64,000 nucleotides of DNA from Snowella sp. (GCA_035285545.1 JAYKGY010000128.1:32001-96000); one strand, 5' to 3'. Positions 8,450 to 18,766 are shown, counted from the first letter of the stretch. The notes: generated by a model not told the origin, from the letters alone. Numbers and translations are program-made.

Positions 8450-10389
8450 GCAGCAGAGATCTCCTCGTCCTCACTATTAGCTATTTCGATTTCTAATTGT
8501 TGACGATTGTTAGCCATCGCTTCTTCAAACTCTTCAAAGAAAGGATCATCGTTAAACATTCCTGCCAATTGGAGAAAAGAGTTGAATTTTTCTGGTTTAT
8601 CCTGATAATTAAGCATCGGCAAACAACATAATCGAAGAGTAAACCACCATAAATATTCCACAATTCCAGATTGAAATTCTTGATCGTCCATTAAACCATG
8701 AGCCATGCGATTTCTTAAATTGCATCCTGAATGTTCTACCAATAAACATTTCAAATGAAATAAAACATCCTCATCAAAAACTTGACCAATTTCTGAACGA
8801 TAAAGGGTTGAATTAAGATTATGCTCATTTTGAATACCACGATCATCTAATCCAGAAGTAATTATTCCTTTTTGCCAGAGTAAATAACGAACTGAATTTT
8901 CAATTTGAGGAATTAGTAAATGAGTCGAAGTAAAAAAGTCTCCCATTAAGCCCGCATATAGCCCCTTAGCAAAAAGATACTCGCGTCCTGATGGTACAAA
9001 GGAATTATCTTGAACAAGAAAAAGCAAATCTTTAATGTGTATATTATGCTCTAAGTTAATTTGTTGTCTTGCTGGTTGAATAAGCTCCGTTGTATAAAAA
9101 CAACACTTATCAGAAAATTGATTCTTTTGAAATTTAATTAATTCTTGTATTTCTTTTGGATTATTATTTGGGTTATTAAAATCAATTTGTCTTTGTTTTG
9201 CCGTAGTTTTTCCTTGTAAATTTTTTTTAGTAACTGGAAAAGAAGAGGTCAAAGGATTATTGTTCAAATATTCTTCTGCTTCTAATGTAAGATCACTAAC
9301 TTTCTGAAGTGGAATATTGATTACCAGTGAAAATAACGCTTCTGGAAAATCTTTGTTTTTAACCATTTCTCTTGCTCTATTTTGTAATTCTTGATCCGAA
9401 TCATAAATAAAATTAATGGCAATTAATTCTTTAGATGACTGTTCTTGATATTTTAATAAAATTTTATGACATTGGTTAGCACGTAGCTTTGCTTTTTCAT
9501 CTGGAATTTTTCTAAAAGCTACATAGGCACTTTCCATCAATTTAGATGCTATTGAATAACTAGGTGCTTCCCTTCTCTGGATCGCTTCAGCTTGCTTAAC
9601 ATAAGTCTCTGCCGCGAACATCTTTGACTCAAATTCTTTACTTTTATTACCTTCAATTCGATGCCATTGGGCTTTAAGTTCCCAATATTCTCTTGCTATC
9701 TCCCAGTCAGAGTTAAGCTCCGCAAGGTTAGCTAAGATTTCTGATAATGCAGAATACTTACTTGAATCACCTAACTTCTTCTCAACTAAAAGCTCCATTA
9801 ATTTTGCTGGCAGCCATAAAGAGTCTTCTTCCTTATGATGATCAAGTACATCTTCAATATACTTAAAAATTTTATCTTTTTTAGCTGGATCGTTAATTTG
9901 ATATGCTAAACAAAATGCTCTTTGGATTGGCTCAAAACGTCGTAGCCAGCATTGAACATTTGGAAATTTAGCAGATTCTAAGTAACTATCAATAGCTAAT
10001 TTAGCCATTTCTTGACATTTGTTTGTAGGAAATTTTTTAATCCATAAAATATCTGCAATTCTAGCCGTTAACTCTGAAAATCTGCTATCAGAAATTTCAT
10101 GAACAATTTCAAATAAAAAGTTTAATTCTGCCTGACTGAGAGTTTCAAAAACTTCTAAAGGATGCTCCTCACTTTTTCCATCTGGAGGAATTACAGAAAA
10201 AGTAATTCGTGCTAATAACTCAAAAACGTTTTTTTCTCTAACATTGCCTTGTGTTTCGGCCACTTGAGCTTTTTTTCTAAAGGCTTGCCAGTAATCAAGC
10301 CATCCGCGATCGCCACTATTGATAACAACGTCTTGCCAGCTAGAATTCAGAAAATCATCTTTATTTAGAAGAGGATCGGGAGGAGACAT
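8446..10389 (-). CDS. DUF4209/HEPN-like large helical protein with antitoxin-like C-terminal tail
   Basis: HLLIPQIENSVR and NLRNRMAHG (R-X4-H) motifs; AT-rich coding sequence; C-terminal LAGMFNDDPFFEEF segment. Confidence 0.75.
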   Translation of the reverse strand: MSPPDPLLNKDDFLNSSWQDVVINSGDRGWLDYWQAFRKKAQVAETQGNVREKNVFELLARITFSVIPPDGKSEEHPLEVFETLSQAELNFLFEIVHEISDSRFSELTARIADILWIKKFPTNKCQEMAKLAIDSYLESAKFPNVQCWLRRFEPIQRAFCLAYQINDPAKKDKIFKYIEDVLDHHKEEDSLWLPAKLMELLVEKKLGDSSKYSALSEILANLAELNSDWEIAREYWELKAQWHRIEGNKSKEFESKMFAAETYVKQAEAIQRREAPSYSIASKLMESAYVAFRKIPDEKAKLRANQCHKILLKYQEQSSKELIAINFIYDSDQELQNRAREMVKNKDFPEALFSLVINIPLQKVSDLTLEAEEYLNNNPLTSSFPVTKKNLQGKTTAKQRQIDFNNPNNNPKEIQELIKFQKNQFSDKCCFYTTELIQPARQQINLEHNIHIKDLLFLVQDNSFVPSGREYLFAKGLYAGLMGDFFTSTHLLIPQIENSVRYLLWQKGIITSGLDDRGIQNEHNLNSTLYRSEIGQVFDEDVLFHLKCLLVEHSGCNLRNRMAHGLMDDQEFQSGIVEYLWWFTLRLCCLPMLNYQDKPEKFNSFLQLAGMFNDDPFFEEFEEAMANNRQQLEIEIANSEDEEISAA

Positions 10390-10505
10390 CGTTTAAACCT
10401 CAAGTTTTACTGCCAGTTTAACATCTAATTTTGATGGCAATTATTAGCTAATTTTCGACACAAAGGAAAATTGCATTAAAAAAGCGATCGCGAATTTGAT
10501 AGTAG

Positions 10506-11408
10506 CTATTTACTAGCTCCAGCTAAGCGATCTTGGTTAGCCGCTAAAGGAAAGCCTAAAGATTCCCGTTGTTCTAAATATAAATGGGCAACTTCTCTAG
10601 CCAGATTACGAATTCTGCCGATATAGCGAGTCCGTTCAGTCACTGCAATCACGCCCCTAGCATCCAACAAATTGAAAGAATGGGAGCATTTGAGGACATA
10701 TTCTAAGCTGGGCAACACTAAACCCCGTTCAATCAGTTGTTTCGCCTCTTGTTCATAGAGACTGAATAGGTTTAACAACAACTCTGGATTAGAGGCTTCA
10801 AAATTGTAAGTACATTGCTCAATTTCCCCTTGCCAGAAAATATCCCCGTATTGAATCTGGTCATTCCATTGAATCTTATTAATTGCATCCACGCTTTGGA
10901 GATACATGGCTAACCGTTCTAACCCATAGGTAATTTCGATAGACACAGGCCGACAATCAATCCCCCCACACTGCTGAAAATAGGTAAATTGGGTCACTTC
11001 CATGCCATCGAGCCAGACCTCCCAACCTACGCCCCAGGCCCCCAACGTGGGGGATTCCCAGTTATCTTCGACGAAACGAATATCGTGGTCTTCGGGGTGG
11101 ATCCCTAAAGCGCGGAGGGAATCTAAATAAATTTCTTGAATATTATCGGGAGAAGGCTTAATTAAGACCTGATACTGAAAATAGTGTTGGACTCGATTGG
11201 GATTTTCACCATAACGCCCATCAGTGGGGCGGCGGCAGGGTTCGACGTAGGCAACTGACCAAGGTTCTGGGCCGATCGCTCTTAAAAACGTATGGGGACT
11301 CATGGTTCCTGCGCCTTTTTCCGTATCAAAGGGTTGGGCAATCAGGCATCCCCGCGCACTCCAAAACTCATGTAATTGAGCGATGATGGCCTGAAAGTTG
11401 ATTGTCAT
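10506..11408 (-). CDS. glyQ: Glycine--tRNA ligase alpha subunit
   Basis: [39 protein letters not shown] motifs. Confidence 0.98.
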   Translation of the reverse strand: MTINFQAIIAQLHEFWSARGCLIAQPFDTEKGAGTMSPHTFLRAIGPEPWSVAYVEPCRRPTDGRYGENPNRVQHYFQYQVLIKPSPDNIQEIYLDSLRALGIHPEDHDIRFVEDNWESPTLGAWGVGWEVWLDGMEVTQFTYFQQCGGIDCRPVSIEITYGLERLAMYLQSVDAINKIQWNDQIQYGDIFWQGEIEQCTYNFEASNPELLLNLFSLYEQEAKQLIERGLVLPSLEYVLKCSHSFNLLDARGVIAVTERTRYIGRIRNLAREVAHLYLEQRESLGFPLAANQDRLAGASK

Positions 11409-11584
11409 TGGGGCTACTCCTCTCCCGGATATTGCTTTGTCTATTCTCTCCCAGAACGCTTCCTTTGTCTGGTGAACTTGACAAAACTATCAAATTACGT
11501 AATTTTTTTAGTGTATCAATTCAGTTATTATGAAACCAAGATTCTGAAGATAATCAACCAAAAGCATTATTATCCCTAAAAATT

Positions 11585-11800
11585 ATGGCTGAATTTGATA
11601 TGGGTTTGCCAAGTGTACGGCAAGTTCAGGAAATGATCAAAGCGCAAAAAGAAGTTGAAGCAAAACTTGTGACCAATGATCTCCTAAGCGGTAAAATTCG
11701 ATGGCAAGACCCCCATTGTATTTGTTTGATCAATCAATCTAATGAACCGATCGTGATTTGGCGGCACTCTCTTGTTTTTTTAAAACCTAAATCTATTTGA
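11585..11800 (+). CDS. hfq: Cyanobacterial Hfq-related RNA-binding protein
   Basis: GLPSVRQVQ, GKIRWQD Sm-like pattern; 71 aa. Confidence 0.88.
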   Translation: MAEFDMGLPSVRQVQEMIKAQKEVEAKLVTNDLLSGKIRWQDPHCICLINQSNEPIVIWRHSLVFLKPKSI

Positions 11801-12011
11801 GAGAGAATCAACGAAGAAATCTTTAACAATCATGGAAATATTTAATTATTCAAATGGTGTTTATTGCTTATTGAATCTAAGAAGATGAATCAATGTTAAT
11901 CCCTTATTCAATCATCAATCCCCAACTTTTCCATTTTCATTCAAAGATTGACCTCTTTATTGTTAATCAGTTTCAGTAATTATCAAAACAATCATTCCCT
12001 TACCAGCCACC

Positions 12012-12533
12012 ATGAGTATTCAACAAATTGTTCATCAAGCCTTAACAGACGGTTTTCTTACCCCCACGATGGAAGCAGAAGTTGGACGAATCTGTGAAGG
12101 CGCTTCTGAATTGTCCCTCGAAGAGTATATGGCTCTAGATCAATTGATGGGAGCTTTGTTGACGGGGGAAGTGGTGGCTATGCCCCATAAGCAATTTATT
12201 AATGTTATGGAAGAGTTAGTGGTCAGTGAAGTGATCACTCAAGTGGCAGAATTATCATTGCCGTTACAACGGAACCTAGATGTTTCCGATATTGCTGCCT
12301 ATGCCCTCAATCGTCTTCCTCCCCTTTATGCGACCTCCGAGGAAGGGGCTACCTATCAACGCGATCGCGCCCAAACCGAATTGAAACCGCTCATTCATGA
12401 GCAAGTCAAAGAAGGAATTAACCGCTTTCTTGACCGTCCCAGCATTCCGGATCGCAATCCTCTGGACAAACCCGTGCGTAAAGATCTGCTCGAACAAGTC
12501 AGTGGCTTATTAAAATCCTTTGCTCCCGATTAA
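12012..12533 (+). CDS. ComFB-family protein (candidate c-di-GMP receptor)
   Basis: INVMEELV and DIAAYALNRLPPLYATSEEG ComFB signature. Confidence 0.88.
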   Translation: MSIQQIVHQALTDGFLTPTMEAEVGRICEGASELSLEEYMALDQLMGALLTGEVVAMPHKQFINVMEELVVSEVITQVAELSLPLQRNLDVSDIAAYALNRLPPLYATSEEGATYQRDRAQTELKPLIHEQVKEGINRFLDRPSIPDRNPLDKPVRKDLLEQVSGLLKSFAPD

Positions 12534-12700
12534 AGCCATTGCAAAAGAAGGAAATCTAATCTAAGTTTTGTTCACTCTATACAGAATAGTTAGAGAAAAT
12601 CTGATAAATTCCTGTCCGTCAATCTTTTTCTCAACCGCCTCAGTTGAGTCACAAGATCAAAAACGTTAATATCTGTGTTAAAAATTTCTTGGCTCGTCTT

Positions 12701-12730
12701 GGAACCTTTTTATGGGATATTAGCGTCTAA
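12701..12730 (+). promoter_or_regulatory. ECF sigma-type promoter upstream of sigG
   Basis: GGAACC (12701-12706) and GTCTAA (12725-12730), matching the GAAC...GTC ECF consensus. Confidence 0.7.
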
Positions 12731-12759
12731 TTTAACTTAGATGTGAGGAGTAATTTTAA

Positions 12760-13425
12760 TTGGATAATCCCATGAGTCAAGCGTTTTCAGCATCATGGTT
12801 ACGGATTGAGGTCACTCAACCTCAAGTTTCCCTATCCCCTGATAAACTTTCCAGTTACGATTTAATTCTTCGCTGCCAAGAAGGACTCCATCCGGATCGA
12901 GCAGCGTTTGATGAATTATTACGCCGTTATCAATCCCACGTTGACAAAATCCTCTACCATCTTGCCCCCGATTGGCAGGATCGGGCTGATTTAGCCCAGG
13001 AAGTTTGGATTCGGGTTTATCGCAATATTAAACGCCTCAACGAGCCGGTGAAGTTTCGCGGTTGGTTAAGTCGCATTGCTACTAATCTTTTTTATGATGA
13101 GTTACGTAAACGCAAGCGCGTCAGCCACCCCATTTCTCTGGATGCTCCCCGTCGTGTCGAAGATGGTGAAATCGATTGGGATATTGTTTCGGATTACCCT
13201 AGCCCCGATGATACCTTGGCAACACGGGAATTTTACGAGCGTCTTAGAAGCGCGATCGCCGATTTACCCGAAGCGTTTAGAACGACCATTATTTTGAGAG
13301 AAATTGATGGGCTTGCCTACGAAGAAATTGCTGAAATGACCGGCGTTTCCTTGGGAACTGTCAAATCCCGTATTGCCAGAGCGCGGGCTAAACTACAATC
13401 GGTTTTACAGCAATATTTAGATTAA
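12760..13425 (+). CDS. sigG: ECF sigma factor SigG
   Basis: DLAQEVWIRVYR, WLSRIATNLFYDELRK, GTVKSRIARAR; followed by an anti-sigma gene; start may be ATG 12772. Confidence 0.9.
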   Translation: MDNPMSQAFSASWLRIEVTQPQVSLSPDKLSSYDLILRCQEGLHPDRAAFDELLRRYQSHVDKILYHLAPDWQDRADLAQEVWIRVYRNIKRLNEPVKFRGWLSRIATNLFYDELRKRKRVSHPISLDAPRRVEDGEIDWDIVSDYPSPDDTLATREFYERLRSAIADLPEAFRTTIILREIDGLAYEEIAEMTGVSLGTVKSRIARARAKLQSVLQQYLD

Positions 13426-13533
13426 TATAGGGGTTAGGGAAACCTATTATCAGGTGAGGAGTATGGTTGCTAATTTCGGTTTGGGAAAATTTCCCAGCCT
13501 TCCGTTGTCATCTCGCTCTACCGAGAGGTTATT

Positions 13534-14010
13534 ATGAAGTCGGAATTTCATTATTACGAAGGGTCTGAAGAGGATTTGCTTTATTCAGACGAAGGAATCG
13601 GGCGTTTTGAATTATTAAGTGCTTATTTAGACGGAGAAGTTACGGCAGAAGAACGTCGTCAAGTTCAAGAATGGTTAGATACCGATCCCAAATTAAAACA
13701 AACCTATCTGAAATTATTGCGCCTACAGCAAGGAATTCCTCAAATTACGCCGCCTACCCCTTCTATTTCTGCCCATCAATTATCCGAACGGGTCTTTTCC
13801 CAAATTGATCGAGAACAACAACGACTTCGTTTATTAGTCTGTGGGGGGTTAGCCGCGGCTGCGTTAGGGGTGTTTGCCGTTTCTAACGGTGTCATGGAAA
13901 TCTTAAATCCTTTCCGTCCGAGTCTGCAATCGGCGTTTTTAGAGGTTGAATCTGAACCTTTACAAATTGCGTTAAATCAACCCATTTTTGAGATCCCCGT
14001 TGAGCAATAG
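13534..14010 (+). CDS. Anti-sigma factor for SigG
   Basis: RFELLSAYLDGE anti-sigma motif plus one TM helix, directly downstream of sigG. Confidence 0.88.
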   Translation: MKSEFHYYEGSEEDLLYSDEGIGRFELLSAYLDGEVTAEERRQVQEWLDTDPKLKQTYLKLLRLQQGIPQITPPTPSISAHQLSERVFSQIDREQQRLRLLVCGGLAAAALGVFAVSNGVMEILNPFRPSLQSAFLEVESEPLQIALNQPIFEIPVEQ

Positions 14011-14012
14011 TC

Positions 14013-14432
14013 TCATTTTGAAAAAGGCTTTTTGGGGTCTGTCAATTCTGTCCAGCAACCGGAAGGCAGATACATTCCTTGAAAAGCTTTGATTTTTTCA
14101 GGAGTCATCACGTAACCCCAAGCTTCCCCTAAGTAGTGATCCTCTAGGTCATAAATGGGGATCAATTGACGTTGGTATTCATTTTGCTCTGGTTTAACCT
14201 GGGGATCGTAGGTTTCCAATTCATCCAATTCCGCTAAGACGGATTGATCCGCAAAGGTCAATAAATAGCCTGTGATTTTATCCTGCCCCGCTGTCATGCC
14301 GGGATAGCCGAGACAGAGATGATAGAGTTTGCCGTAGGTGTAGACTTTGTGTTCGGCGATCGCTTTCCCTTGACAATAGGTGGGATAGTTGCGCTCTCCA
14401 GGCTTGAGGGTTCCGTAAACAAAAACGTTCAA
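14013..14432 (-). CDS. Gamma-glutamylcyclotransferase (AIG2-like)
   Basis: VFVYGTLK, GYPG, LDELE motifs. Confidence 0.9.
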   Translation of the reverse strand: MNVFVYGTLKPGERNYPTYCQGKAIAEHKVYTYGKLYHLCLGYPGMTAGQDKITGYLLTFADQSVLAELDELETYDPQVKPEQNEYQRQLIPIYDLEDHYLGEAWGYVMTPEKIKAFQGMYLPSGCWTELTDPKKPFSK

Positions 14433-14558
14433 CGTCTTTTTCGTGTTGGGTGAATTTAACCAATCCAGGGCTGACTATAGCACGTTCTGAGGAAGTAACC
14501 AACCTGAAAGGGGCTTTTATAATTTAAGTTACTGTTATACTCTGGCTGTGGATGACCT

Positions 14559-16163
14559 GTGAAATTTAAAGTTTTGATCTCCGCGATCGCGCCTTGGGCG
14601 ACTTTCCTCAGTTGGGGAAGCATTAACCCTGTTACGGCTCAGCAAGTTTCCTTGGGAGAACGGGGCATTAATGCAGAACGTTTACACTCAGCCCCCTATT
14701 TTCTCACGGGTAAAAAAATCGCCATTGGACAGTTAGAAATTGGTCGAGCCGCAAAATTTGGCTTTGATAAATTGGCCCGTTGGAAACCCAAATTTTCCCT
14801 AGCAGGGATATTGATCGGCGATCGCGCTGCCCACCCGAATAAAAATTTAGATAATCACGCCGCAATGGTGGCTTCCGTCATGGTGGGACGGGATAAACGT
14901 TTACCAGGGGTTGCCCCTGATGCTAGACTTTTTGCCGCCGCGATCGGTTCTTTACAGCAGAATGCCCAACCGGAAGAATGTTTAACCACCCAAGCTTTGA
15001 CCCAACAAAATGGGGGAGATCTCCGCGCCATTAATTTTAGTTTTGGGGAATCCCTCAGCCGTGATCCTCGATTTAAGGCAAAATTAGACGGCAATGCCCT
15101 ATTAACCCAATGTATTGATTGGTTGGCCCGTACCCAGAACGTTTTATTTGTGATTGCAGGAAATCAGGGAGAAGGGGGCATTCCCATCCCAACGGATCAC
15201 TATAATGGCGTTACGGTTGCCTATACGACCCAACACAATCAACAATTTCGGAAGGTCGATTTCGCTAATTTGAGTAGTATTCCCCAGGGGATGGGGCGAA
15301 AAATTATTAAACAAGAAATTAATGAAAATAATCGGCGGGGAATTTCTTTGGTCGCGCCTGGCAATAAAATATCAACCTACAATATCAACGGAAAAATGAC
15401 TCAAGTGAGTGGCACCAGTTTTGCGGCTCCCCACGTTACTGGCACAGTTGCACTCCTGCAAGAATTCGGCGATCGCCAACTCAGAACAAAAGCAGCCCAC
15501 TGGAGCTTAGATTCTCGCCGCCATGAAGTGATGAAAGCCGTTTTGCTCAATTCGGCGGATAAATTACAAGATCAGGGTGATGGCAACCTACTGGGAATGA
15601 GCCGTACCCTCCTGACGAAACAGAATAAAGACTGGCTAGATTCGGAAGCCTATGCCAATCCCGACATTCCCCTCGATATGGAAATGGGAGCAGGTCAACT
15701 GAATGCCTTTCGTGCCTATGAGCAATTCAAAGCCGGACAATGGAAAGCGGCGCAAACCGTGCCTCCGGTCGGTTGGGATTATCACGCCTTAGTTCCCCAA
15801 GGGGTTCAGGAGTATGTTTTAGAAAAACCCTTACAAGCAGGCAGTTATGCAGCAATTACCTTGACTTGGGATCGGTGGGTTGAACTCAACGATAAAAATG
15901 CCAATCAACGCTACGATCTCGGTGAAAGTTTTCGCGATCGCGGTTTAAATAATTTAGATATTTATTTGTTACCCCATAACGAAACCCAGATATCAAAGGC
16001 AATTTGTGCCTCTCGGAGTAGGGTAGATAGCGTCGAACAGATTTTTTGTCCGATTCCGCAAACAGGACATTATAAAATTCGGGTGCAATATCGTGAGGCA
16101 AGGTATCCCGTGAACCAAACCTATGCCTTGAGTTGGTGGACAGTCGCCGCCAAAGCCCCCTAA
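14559..16163 (+). CDS. S8 (subtilisin-like) serine peptidase
   Basis: NHAAMVA, AGN and GTSFAAPHV motifs; signal-peptide-like N-terminus. Confidence 0.9.
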   Translation: MKFKVLISAIAPWATFLSWGSINPVTAQQVSLGERGINAERLHSAPYFLTGKKIAIGQLEIGRAAKFGFDKLARWKPKFSLAGILIGDRAAHPNKNLDNHAAMVASVMVGRDKRLPGVAPDARLFAAAIGSLQQNAQPEECLTTQALTQQNGGDLRAINFSFGESLSRDPRFKAKLDGNALLTQCIDWLARTQNVLFVIAGNQGEGGIPIPTDHYNGVTVAYTTQHNQQFRKVDFANLSSIPQGMGRKIIKQEINENNRRGISLVAPGNKISTYNINGKMTQVSGTSFAAPHVTGTVALLQEFGDRQLRTKAAHWSLDSRRHEVMKAVLLNSADKLQDQGDGNLLGMSRTLLTKQNKDWLDSEAYANPDIPLDMEMGAGQLNAFRAYEQFKAGQWKAAQTVPPVGWDYHALVPQGVQEYVLEKPLQAGSYAAITLTWDRWVELNDKNANQRYDLGESFRDRGLNNLDIYLLPHNETQISKAICASRSRVDSVEQIFCPIPQTGHYKIRVQYREARYPVNQTYALSWWTVAAKAP

Positions 16164-16256
16164 TATCTTGTTATGATCGACAATTTTGTCAATATCTCTC
16201 TTTTTCTGCGAATACCAGAATGTATTGATTTAAAACGCCCCCTTTCTCAATTCGAT

Positions 16257-16868
16257 TTAAAGCGGAACCAATTCAGGGAAATTAATTAAAACCTGTTCGT
16301 TGGTTAATTCATCCCCTAATTGGGCAGGCGAGAAATGAACTTGGATGGCTTCGAGTTTGTGTTGATAGTGCAGATTAATTAAGGCTTTAAGGCCATACTC
16401 TAGGGCTTCGCGATCGCCTAAATTGGTTTCGAGATCGGCCACTTCTCCGGTAAAAGCAACAGTGAGCATAACAACGATATTCGAGGTACTTGGCAGACTT
16501 AAGGGCAAATCGTCATCGTCCATTTCTTCCCCTGCTACTTCGGCGAGGTAACGTTGGGCGGAGTCGGTAAACAGTTCATTGACGAAATCCCCTGCTTCGC
16601 CTTCATTCCAAAAGACATCGCCTTCATTGGCGGCGGATTCCCAATAGATCTTCATTTGCAGCAAACTTTGGCAGATTTCGACCAGCCCTTCTCCCGTAAC
16701 CTCTAAATCGCCGTCGGATTCAATGCTATCGCGGCCTGCCTGGTTGAGAACCCCTAAAATGGGGGCAATTTCCTGTCCTCGGAGGTGAATAAAAATACGA
16801 GAGACGACATAGCGGGTGCGGCCTGTCATTTGGTTAAAGCGATCGCGGATTCCCATAATGATCTCCAA
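16257..16868 (-). CDS. DUF1517-like conserved cyanobacterial protein
   Basis: EGEAGDFVNELFTDS and DELTNEQVLINFPELVPL patterns. Confidence 0.7.
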   Translation of the reverse strand: MEIIMGIRDRFNQMTGRTRYVVSRIFIHLRGQEIAPILGVLNQAGRDSIESDGDLEVTGEGLVEICQSLLQMKIYWESAANEGDVFWNEGEAGDFVNELFTDSAQRYLAEVAGEEMDDDDLPLSLPSTSNIVVMLTVAFTGEVADLETNLGDREALEYGLKALINLHYQHKLEAIQVHFSPAQLGDELTNEQVLINFPELVPL

Positions 16869-16873
16869 AAAGC

Positions 16874-17458
16874 TTATTGAGGAACCAATTCACTATTAAA
16901 TTCGTTAAAGGTGCGTACCTTCAATTCTACCGACTCAGAACGGGGCAACAAATTAAATTCTTTGCGGAGCACATCATCCACTTCTTCAAACTTGACGACC
17001 CCTTTACCGTTGTAAATCACTTTTTTATTGGCTCCTAACACCACCGTTTGGGGGATAACGCCTTGATAATAATAGCCCGGTTCATCAGGACGATAGGAAG
17101 ATTTGAGGGGAATGGAATCGACACTAACGGGAATAATGCTGGCTGCCCGACCATAGAATTCTTGAATACGGGAAACAATAAAGGCAAATTGTTTGCAATC
17201 GCTACTATCGTCGAGATAATAAACCAAAACTGCCGGAAGCTTGCGATCAAAGGTTTCAGGCAAACTTAAACGGGGGGGAACCAAGGAACCATTCCCCGCA
17301 TAAACCACAAAAATATTGCCGTCTAAGCGATCATCATCAATGCTAGCTTGAGCAGGCGAGGTACTCAATAGCCAAAAACTCAGGGCAAAGGCAATCACCA
17401 GCGCAATTAAGGACTGTAGGGAGAGACTTTTTACAAACGTTAGACGGTTCAGATTCAT
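16874..17458 (-). CDS. Thioredoxin-fold thylakoid photosystem I accumulation factor-like protein
   Basis: DDRLDGNIFVVYAGNGSLVPP, DDSSDCK, FNEFN motifs; probable start ATG 17458. Confidence 0.75.
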   Translation of the reverse strand: MNLNRLTFVKSLSLQSLIALVIAFALSFWLLSTSPAQASIDDDRLDGNIFVVYAGNGSLVPPRLSLPETFDRKLPAVLVYYLDDSSDCKQFAFIVSRIQEFYGRAASIIPVSVDSIPLKSSYRPDEPGYYYQGVIPQTVVLGANKKVIYNGKGVVKFEEVDDVLRKEFNLLPRSESVELKVRTFNEFNSELVPQ

Positions 17459-17520
17459 TGTTAACTTAAAAAAAAACTTCGTTAAAATATTTAAAAACAA
17501 ACGCGAGATTAGGAAGTCTG

Positions 17521-18060
17521 GTGACTCAACAACGAGCGACCTCACAGTCAAGATCCCGATCAATTCCCCTAAAAGACGCATTAACCAATAGTCATTATGC
17601 TATGTTAGGGCTGCATCCGTCTGCGACTGTCATTGAAATTCGACGAGCCTATCGGGAATTGAGCAAAGCCTATCACCCCGATACCACTACTTTACCGTCT
17701 GAAGTGGCGACTCGTCAGTTTCAGCAGTTAAATGAAGCCTATGCCATTCTCAGTAATCCTGAGCGGCGATCGCTGTACGATTTGCAGATTGGTTATTCCC
17801 GTTGGAATGTGATCCAAGTTCCGACCCATCTTCAACAATCCGAACCCGAAACTCGGAAAACATCGAATGTGGCCTATTTAGACCCTACGGATCGTCCGTT
17901 ATCGGCGGGAGAAATTTTTTCCTTGGTTTTACTAGCTTTAACGCTTTTAGGGTGTCTGGGGTTAGCATTCGCGATCGCCTGGTTGCGGGGTGATCCGTTG
18001 GAAGTGGCAGCCAGTTTACCGAGTTGGAATATACCGGAAATATTTGTATGGATTTCCTGA
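17521..18060 (+). CDS. J-domain (DnaJ type III) protein with C-terminal TM helix
   Basis: HYAMLGL, YHPD, LNEAYAILS, YD motifs. Confidence 0.9.
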   Translation: MTQQRATSQSRSRSIPLKDALTNSHYAMLGLHPSATVIEIRRAYRELSKAYHPDTTTLPSEVATRQFQQLNEAYAILSNPERRSLYDLQIGYSRWNVIQVPTHLQQSEPETRKTSNVAYLDPTDRPLSAGEIFSLVLLALTLLGCLGLAFAIAWLRGDPLEVAASLPSWNIPEIFVWIS

Positions 18061-18065
18061 ATTTT

Positions 18066-18183
18066 TTAAGAAACTGTTTGTTAAAGTCTTATTTTGCCCC
18101 CTAAATCCCTCAACACTGGGGGACTTTTTACGATTTTTCCTCCAACTTTGGGGGGTCAGGGGGGCTTTTCAAACATACTCTAA
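18066..18183. repeat. MITE-like element with degenerate terminal inverted repeats enclosing a G/C-tract small dispersed repeat
   Basis: Left end TTAAGAAACTGTTTGTTAAAGTC versus right end GGCTTTTCAAACATACTCTAA; internal GCCCCCT...AGGGGGGC stem with two sub-hairpins. Confidence 0.55.
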
Positions 18184-18243
18184 TCCTCTAAAATGCCTTA
18201 AAATATCTATCCAGCGTGTGATCTAGATTTAAATTCTGACCCT

Positions 18244-18516
18244 ATGGATCTTCCTTCGGCTGATACTCCCCTCTACAACCATCCCCTGTCTAGCATTGAG
18301 AATTGGTTAATTAATCTTGGTTGTCAACAAGATCCCCAAAATCGCCACTGTTGGCAGGTTAAATATCCCGCTTGGCAAGCCGAGCTAAGTTTAGATATTG
18401 AAGAATTGACGGTGCGTTACTTTCAAGGGGAATCGGGGGAAAATGATATTAGACGAACCTTTAAGTATTCGCTTAGTCGTCAAGACATTGAAGATGCCGT
18501 CTTCTCAGGGCCTTAG
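18244..18516 (+). CDS. DUF3143-family protein
   Basis: PSADTPLYNHPL, W-x-AEL and FKYSLSRQDIEDAVFSGP motifs. Confidence 0.85.
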   Translation: MDLPSADTPLYNHPLSSIENWLINLGCQQDPQNRHCWQVKYPAWQAELSLDIEELTVRYFQGESGENDIRRTFKYSLSRQDIEDAVFSGP

Positions 18517-18766
18517 TTATAAATAAATATTTCAAGATTTCAAGCTTAAAATCCATTAGTTATATTGGGAATAGAAGCCTTAACTTCCTAGCCGCTTATG
18601 ATGAGCCGCTTTGGAGCTTTTCTCTTTAATTAAAAGTCCTATATTTTCCCGTTTCGCTGTTTTTGACATCCGGCGATCGCGGACGATATTTGACTGCTTC
18701 TAAATTAAGAATAAGCCTAGATTTTTACCCCTAAATCCCCTAATAATCCCTTACCCGTTACTCAAC

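Noticed and set aside
17990..18226. 78-aa ORF between the J-domain gene and DUF3143
   Set aside because: It runs through the palindromic repeat element and overlaps the upstream gene; no protein-like features.
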